From contig JBMOMC010000002.1 in assembly GCA_049325335.1 (NCBI GenBank), positions 160,001 through 224,000 of the forward strand: DNA of 64,000 bases. Reading direction: 5' to 3'. A model generated the notes under the pieces. The model saw only the letters and a program-made list of their open reading frames with translations, had not been told where the DNA came from and made no database searches. Made by a program: the position numbers and the translations under genes. The DNA is from Nitrospirota bacterium (GTDB lineage Bacteria; Nitrospirota; Nitrospiria; 2-01-FULL-66-17). Every line of letters starts with the position of its first letter. The first letter of the stretch is position 1. Positions 58,827 through 64,000 of this stretch are shown here, one piece after another.

Positions 58827-59093
58827 TTATTTGGAGTCGTCGGGGTCGGCCGCGCCGTCTTCGGCGTCGGGTTCAATCGAGTCCGGGTGCACCGGCCGAT
58901 AGTCGTCGCTCGGGATCAACACGATTTCCACGAGGTTCACGTCGTCGCGAACAGAGACCAAGGGGGGCGAGTCCGTATCCACGATTAGCCGCTGCGGCGC
59001 GGCCGGAAAGGTCGGTGACTCGGCGGCGCCGGCGGCCAACGGAAACGCCGCCAGCAAGCCGGCAATGAGTAGGCGAGTCCAAGGTGCATACAT
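58827..59093 (-). CDS. Small exported acidic hypothetical protein
   Basis: AAGGAG RBS, signal peptide. Confidence 0.5.
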   Translation of the reverse strand: MYAPWTRLLIAGLLAAFPLAAGAAESPTFPAAPQRLIVDTDSPPLVSVRDDVNLVEIVLIPSDDYRPVHPDSIEPDAEDGAADPDDSK

Positions 59094-59314
59094 GGGTGGT
59101 GCTCCTTATATAATTAACACCGTGGGGCGGACTGCCCCGGAGTGGCGCCGTTGATGGAAAAACCGCTGAACACGGGTGTTTATTGCGTGTGATGGAACAA
59201 ATCGGTTGATTGGCCGGATGAAAACTCGCTACAATACCATTCTGGTCGGGGGTGAGTGGTGCTGTTTTTCATGAGAATGAAGGATGGGATGGTCCGCATG
59301 TCTCGGAGGGGGCG

Positions 59315-59650
59315 ATGAGTGAGATCGAACAGAAGGTGGCGGTTGCGGCGAACGATGATTGCAGCGTGGCGGATTCGGGGGACGCGCCGCCCTTGGTCGT
59401 GGTGTACGATATGAAGGGCAGCGAAGTGGTGTTCCGCACGATCCGGTACTACGACAACAGCCTCATTGAAGCGGTGAATGACTGCAAAATGGTCATCGGC
59501 AAATCGTTCGGGGACGCCATCAAGACGGACCTGGCATCGCGCGGGATTGAGACCCGCGTGACCACCCTGGACTCATCCGACGACGCCGTGGGCCAGGTGT
59601 TCGGGATCAAGCGGGGCGACACGAAGGTGGAGATGAAGATCCAGCATTAG
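59315..59650 (+). CDS. Hypothetical protein
   Basis: GGAGG RBS; host-like codon usage. Confidence 0.55.
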   Translation: MSEIEQKVAVAANDDCSVADSGDAPPLVVVYDMKGSEVVFRTIRYYDNSLIEAVNDCKMVIGKSFGDAIKTDLASRGIETRVTTLDSSDDAVGQVFGIKRGDTKVEMKIQH

Positions 59651-59817
59651 CAGGCTGCTGAAAAAGCCCATCTGCGGCGTGCTCGGTCGTCGGAAATCCT
59701 CACGTACGACCCAGTACGCTTCGGTTTCCTCCTCCCTGCGGCCTTGCGACCCACCGTCGAAACTCAAATGCCGGAAGTCCCCGAAGGGGGCATCTGGGGC
59801 TTTTTGAACAGCCTGCT
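59649..59817. mobile_element. MITE-like repeat with internal insert
   Basis: AGCAGGCTGCTGAAAAAG...CTTTTTGAACAGCCTGCT. Confidence 0.8.
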
Positions 59818-59860
59818 GGTTTTGTCGAGTTTTTCAGCGTTCGGCCAATGTGTCGTGTGG

Positions 59861-60733
59861 CTACGAAGATCTCCCGCCCTCGGTCCCCCGCACCGTTAAA
59901 TAGACTCCCGACAGCATGACCAAGAGCGCGCCCGCGAGAAAATGCGGGGTCGCGACCTCGCCGAGAACCATGATCCCCAACGCGCTGCCCACCACCGCGC
60001 CGAACATCGATAAGACGCCGCCCTCGACTGCGGTGGTAAAGCGATACGCATAGGTCGTCCCGAGTTGTCCTAAGATCGAAAACAGGAGGACCGCCAACAA
60101 CAGGGGAAGGTGTTCGACCGTCGGCGTTGTCCAGTACGCGGGCAGCAACGGCGCGGTCACCAGCATGCCCGCAATGTTGTAGTAGTGGAACACGGTCCAG
60201 GATGTTTCGGTGGCGCGGGAGATTTTGAGCGACACCAGCGCGCCGCCAGCGGCCATCGCGGCCAGCAATCCGAACACGTCTCCGGACGCCGCCGTGTCGA
60301 ACGAGGGTTGCACGATCAAGTACACGCCCACGAACGACGCGGCGAACGCGCCGACCATTGCCGTGGACAGCGCCGCGCCATGGGTCACCCGGATGGTCAA
60401 CGCCATAAACACGGGGTAGGTGTAGAACAACACCACCGCGTTGGACAGGCGCGTGTGCGTGACGGCCAGAAACAGCAGCAGGCTTCCGACGCCTCCGAGC
60501 AGGCCGCGAATCCAGAGGATGCGCCGGTTGGTGGGGCGCACGTCGATCCACCCCGCCGTGATCGCGGCTCGCATCAGGGCGTAGCTGACCGCGAATCTGA
60601 GGAACGCCAACGTGACCGGATGAATGTCGCGGCCCGCGAGTTTCACGAAGAACCCTTGCACGCCGATGCAGGCGGCGGCCGCGAGCATCAGGACCATACC
60701 AAGACGGTGTGCAGTGGATGACGAGCCGGTCAT
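59861..60733 (-). CDS. DMT/EamA family transporter
   Basis: About ten TM segments, FLRF, YTYPVF, LGEV. Confidence 0.85.
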   Translation of the reverse strand: MTGSSSTAHRLGMVLMLAAAACIGVQGFFVKLAGRDIHPVTLAFLRFAVSYALMRAAITAGWIDVRPTNRRILWIRGLLGGVGSLLLFLAVTHTRLSNAVVLFYTYPVFMALTIRVTHGAALSTAMVGAFAASFVGVYLIVQPSFDTAASGDVFGLLAAMAAGGALVSLKISRATETSWTVFHYYNIAGMLVTAPLLPAYWTTPTVEHLPLLLAVLLFSILGQLGTTYAYRFTTAVEGGVLSMFGAVVGSALGIMVLGEVATPHFLAGALLVMLSGVYLTVRGTEGGRSS

Positions 60734-60859
60734 GGGAGCGCGATCCTAGTACGCGGGGCCGGTAAAGTCAAAATCGGAGCTGTCGGTCCGATACGCCCAT
60801 GAATAATCCCGGTCCCCGGCCGTCTGACCGGTTGTCGGGTGATTCATCCGGAGGCGGCG

Positions 60860-61615
60860 ATGAAAGCGGTTGGAGTTGTGTTGGTCGGTGTCCTCGCGTT
60901 GGCGGCGTCGGCATGCGGGCGGGTGGTGGAGCCGGTGGGCGTGGTGCCGTGCTCCTCCGGAGAATGCTGGGATCTCTCGGCGGGAACCGATGTGTTCGTC
61001 AATGACGAGCCCGCCGCGGCGGAGGTGGGACCCCACGACGCGCATGCCTGGCGTTTTGCCACGGTACCGGGACATCGGTACCTCGTTCTGACCAGAGTCT
61101 TTTCCGGCGGCGCGGATACGTACGTGTCCTTCTCACCCGTCATCGATCCGCTGACGCACGGGATGGTGGACCTGGGATCGGCCACGGGGATGACGTTTAC
61201 GGCCGCTGATACGGCAGCCTATATCGCGGTGGCCGGCCGCGGGAGCCCCACGCGAACGGAGTACACGGTTCGCGTGGTCTCGTACGATGAGTCCCTGGAC
61301 CCGCTGCCAGGGACAACTCGGCTCACAGTCAACGGATTCCCCGCGCCCCGCGCGTTGGCGTCCGGTGAACTCGCGCGGTTTGTGTTCGACGCGGTGCGCG
61401 GCGTGGATTACACGATCCGCGTGACCACGACCCGGGGAGTGACCGACACCATGGCGTCGTTGATCCCGTCGGTGGACGATGATTTCTTCGACGTGAGCGG
61501 TCCGTCCGGGACCATTGTCTTCCGCGCGACCGAGACCGGGCGTTACTACGTGGCGGTTGTTGACCGCTCCGACTCTGCAGGGGCTGATGCGATTGTACGG
61601 GTCACGAGCCCGTGA
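60860..61615 (+). CDS. Lipoprotein with two PPC-like beta-sandwich repeats
   Basis: ASAC lipobox; repeated F-x-x-V-x-G-x-x-Y...D...YIAV/YYVAV units. Confidence 0.6.
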   Translation: MKAVGVVLVGVLALAASACGRVVEPVGVVPCSSGECWDLSAGTDVFVNDEPAAAEVGPHDAHAWRFATVPGHRYLVLTRVFSGGADTYVSFSPVIDPLTHGMVDLGSATGMTFTAADTAAYIAVAGRGSPTRTEYTVRVVSYDESLDPLPGTTRLTVNGFPAPRALASGELARFVFDAVRGVDYTIRVTTTRGVTDTMASLIPSVDDDFFDVSGPSGTIVFRATETGRYYVAVVDRSDSAGADAIVRVTSP

Positions 61616-61654
61616 TGCGGGGCAGTGGTCCTGGCGGTGGAGCGCTGCCCGCTG

Positions 61655-61671
61655 TGTCGAAGAAAATTACA
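61655..61671. promoter_or_regulatory. Possible enhancer-binding-protein UAS (TGT-N11-ACA)
   Basis: TGTCGAAGAAAATTACA ~210 bp upstream of the sigma54-like site, AT-rich spacer between. Confidence 0.35.
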
Positions 61672-61881
61672 GGGCGATTCGATCCATATTATATTGATTA
61701 ATATGAGTAAAACACGAATTTTTAGTGGAGGTCGTGGTTATATAGTGACTGATTTTTTTACACATACCGATCTTAACCTGACAGTAATGGAAAATATGGC
61801 CATGAACGATTGTTCGCGTAACTATTTGGAAAGTAAATAAATTCTTTCTCAGACGAGACTATTCTGACGATGAAGTGTTGG

Positions 61882-61896
61882 TGGCACGAGACTTGA
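61882..61896 (+). promoter_or_regulatory. Sigma54 -24/-12 promoter
   Basis: TGGCAC-GAGAC-TTGA, one mismatch to TGGCAC-N5-TTGC. Confidence 0.6.
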
Positions 61897-61966
61897 ATAA
61901 CACTGGAACAGCAGCGTGCGAAATTGTGTCGGTTTCACTGTGGTCACTGGTGGGAAGGAGAATTCC

Positions 61967-62713
61967 GTGGTTAAGGGGCAGCGTCTTGAGGTATTCGCAG
62001 TCGGCATGGCACTTTTGGGGTTGGTGGCATTCGGAGGTCGCGACGCATCGGCGTATCCGCTGCTGCAGTTGGATATCGGCGGTGGGGTATACGACTCGGC
62101 GACCCAGACGATTGTCGGAACATCCGACCCGTTTACGTTATACGCCATTCTGACCCCGCGCGAAGGTATGAATGACCAACAGGTGTCTGCGTTGTTGGCT
62201 CAGACCTACTATGTTTCCGCGGCGCTCACTCCGCAGACGGCACCTCCCGGAGGTGACCTTGGAAGTTTTGTATTCAACGGGACGACGGTCAATGCCACTT
62301 CCGACATGTCATTCGGCGTACCGCCGTTGGAGACAAACATCGCGTTTGACTCGGGAGACCTATCCCGGCACGGGATTTTCGAAACGTATTTCAGCGAATT
62401 CGCGTTCACCTTCAATCCGCTCAACACCGCGTTGTCGTACAATACGGCGGAAACGCCGGGCGGCCCGACTGCGGGTTCCGGTTCGTACGTTGCGGCGTTC
62501 ACGGTGGACAGCCGTCTGCTTGCCGGCGGGTATAACTTGCACTTCGACCTGTACGACACGTATCTCAAACAAGGCGACACCGACCGGGATCACTTTGCGC
62601 CGTTTTCGCACGACGCGGAGTGCTGCGTGGAGCGGGTGCCGGAACCCGCCAGCTTGCTGTTGCTCGGTTCCGGGATCGTGGCCTTGGGCGCGTGGAGACG
62701 CTGGAGCGCATAA
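61967..62713 (+). CDS. PEP-CTERM sorting domain protein (choice-of-anchor N-like)
   Basis: ASA signal; FAPFSHDAE; VPEPASLLLLGSG..WRR tail. Confidence 0.88.
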   Translation: MVKGQRLEVFAVGMALLGLVAFGGRDASAYPLLQLDIGGGVYDSATQTIVGTSDPFTLYAILTPREGMNDQQVSALLAQTYYVSAALTPQTAPPGGDLGSFVFNGTTVNATSDMSFGVPPLETNIAFDSGDLSRHGIFETYFSEFAFTFNPLNTALSYNTAETPGGPTAGSGSYVAAFTVDSRLLAGGYNLHFDLYDTYLKQGDTDRDHFAPFSHDAECCVERVPEPASLLLLGSGIVALGAWRRWSA

Positions 62714-62760
62714 GCCGGATTCGCTGGATTGCTCACCGGGTACGTTACCGGATGTTTTCG

Positions 62761-62793
62761 GGCAGGGGACTTCGGTCCCCTGCCTTGTTTTTT
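62761..62793 (+). terminator. Intrinsic terminator
   Basis: GGCAGGGGAC-TTCG-GTCCCCTGCC followed by a T-run. Confidence 0.8.
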
Positions 62794-62899
62794 GCGCGCG
62801 CCATGTACACCGCGTCAACATGGGCCGGATATCCGTGCGCCCACGCGTTGCGCGGGCTGAAAATCGCGTGGTACAGTGCAGGCTCACCGGGGACGGGGC

Positions 62900-63832
62900 A
62901 TGCGCTGTCGTTCGCTCGGTACAACGGGTCTGACGGTCTCTGAAATCGGCTTCGGCGGCTGGTCCATCGGCGGGCGGGATTATGGGCCCACGTACGACCG
63001 TGAGTCCGTGGCCGCGATCCGGCGGGCGCTCGAGCTGGGCGTGACGTTCTTCGACACCGCGGACATGTACGGCGACGGCCGTAGCGAGCGGTTGTTCGGC
63101 GAAGCGCTCTCCGGCCTGGCGGGTAAGGTCGTGGTGGCGACCAAGGGCGGGTACGATGTGGCGCGCGGCATGGTGAAGGATTTTTCGCGCGCCCATCTGG
63201 AAAGAGCCGTGGCCGCGAGCCTTCAGCGCCTCAAGGTCGATGTCATCGACCTGTATCAGTTGCACAACCCGTCGATTGAGTTGCTCAAGGGCGCGGAGGT
63301 ATTCGAGATCGTGGAGGATTTTCAGCGACGCGGCCTGATCCGGCACTACGGGGTCTCGGTGAGCGACGCGGAGTCTGCGCGGCTGGTCATGGGCCGCGGG
63401 AGCGCGGCCACGCTGCAACTGGTCCACAACTTGTTGCGACCGCAGATCCTGCACACGATTGCTCCGGACGTGGAGCGCGCGGGCATCGGGATCATCGTGC
63501 GCACCCCCATTGAATACGGAATGCTCTCGGGCAAATACCGGGTGGGCGCGCACTTTCACGCCGCAGATCATCGCGCCGCGCGCTGGACGCCTGAGCAGTT
63601 CGCCGCGTTGCTCGCGCGAGTCGAGCAGTTCCAATTTCTGGTCCACGGCGCGGTCAAGACCTTAGCGGAGGCGGCGGTGCGGTACGTGTTGACGTCGCCG
63701 ATGGTATCGACCGTGATTCCCGGCATCAAAACGCCGACGCAGATCGAAGAGTTCGTCCGCGCGAGCGATCCGCCGTACGTTGCCGGCGACGAATTGCATC
63801 GCATCGCGGTTCTTCAAGGGAGGGCATCGTAG
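62900..63832 (+). CDS. Aldo/keto reductase
   Basis: GFGGW, FDTADMYG, ATKGG, DLYQLH, IPG. Confidence 0.92.
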   Translation: MRCRSLGTTGLTVSEIGFGGWSIGGRDYGPTYDRESVAAIRRALELGVTFFDTADMYGDGRSERLFGEALSGLAGKVVVATKGGYDVARGMVKDFSRAHLERAVAASLQRLKVDVIDLYQLHNPSIELLKGAEVFEIVEDFQRRGLIRHYGVSVSDAESARLVMGRGSAATLQLVHNLLRPQILHTIAPDVERAGIGIIVRTPIEYGMLSGKYRVGAHFHAADHRAARWTPEQFAALLARVEQFQFLVHGAVKTLAEAAVRYVLTSPMVSTVIPGIKTPTQIEEFVRASDPPYVAGDELHRIAVLQGRAS

Positions 63833-63907
63833 AACAAAATGGGACAATGGATGGTCCGTCTTATGGAGTGCGATGACCGCGCACACGCTCCATCCCGAGG
63901 ACGCGCC

Positions 63908-64000
63908 ATGAAAACCGTGAACGTTGGATGGTGGATGCTGGCCGGAGCCCTACTGGCGTCCGCCGGTTGTACGACCCAACCCGAGACTGCGGCAAACAGC
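63908..64000 (+). CDS. Lipoprotein, N-terminus only
   Basis: GAGG RBS; MKTVNVGWWMLAGALLASAGC lipobox. Confidence 0.55.
   Translation, partial: MKTVNVGWWMLAGALLASAGCTTQPETAANS

Overview
High-GC bacterial chromosomal window. The repeat families and gene set suggest Nitrospirota or a related lineage (inference only). Core content: a yyaL fragment, an Nramp-type transporter, apbC/mrp, a REC-GGDEF cyclase, four tRNAs (Arg-ACG, Ser-GCT, Ser-TGA, Val-CAC), a livKHMGF-gcvT-gcvPA-gcvPB-sdhA run, pyrF, an nfuA-like gene, an Fe3+ ABC pair, a TPP-riboswitch thiC-thi4 operon, metH and a sigma54-type PEP-CTERM gene. The most notable observations: (1) a covarying ~52-nt structured RNA motif sits directly 5' of both tRNA-Ser genes (3 copies). 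(2) An ~8.5-kb capsid-less integrative element in tRNA-Val duplicates the 5' half of the tRNA and carries a replacement sigma70 promoter inside its integrase gene; it also has a symmetric iteron origin, a ParB-methyltransferase fusion and a HEPN-like cargo gene. (3) A duplicated DUF3015 / DUF4105 (Lnb-like) beta-barrel / hydrolase envelope system. (4) An ApbE-TlpA-DUF4266-DUF3570-cytochrome c-Ccs operon preceded by a His-rich leader ORF ending in the RAPP ribosome-arrest motif. All family calls come from motif recognition by eye; no database searches were run.
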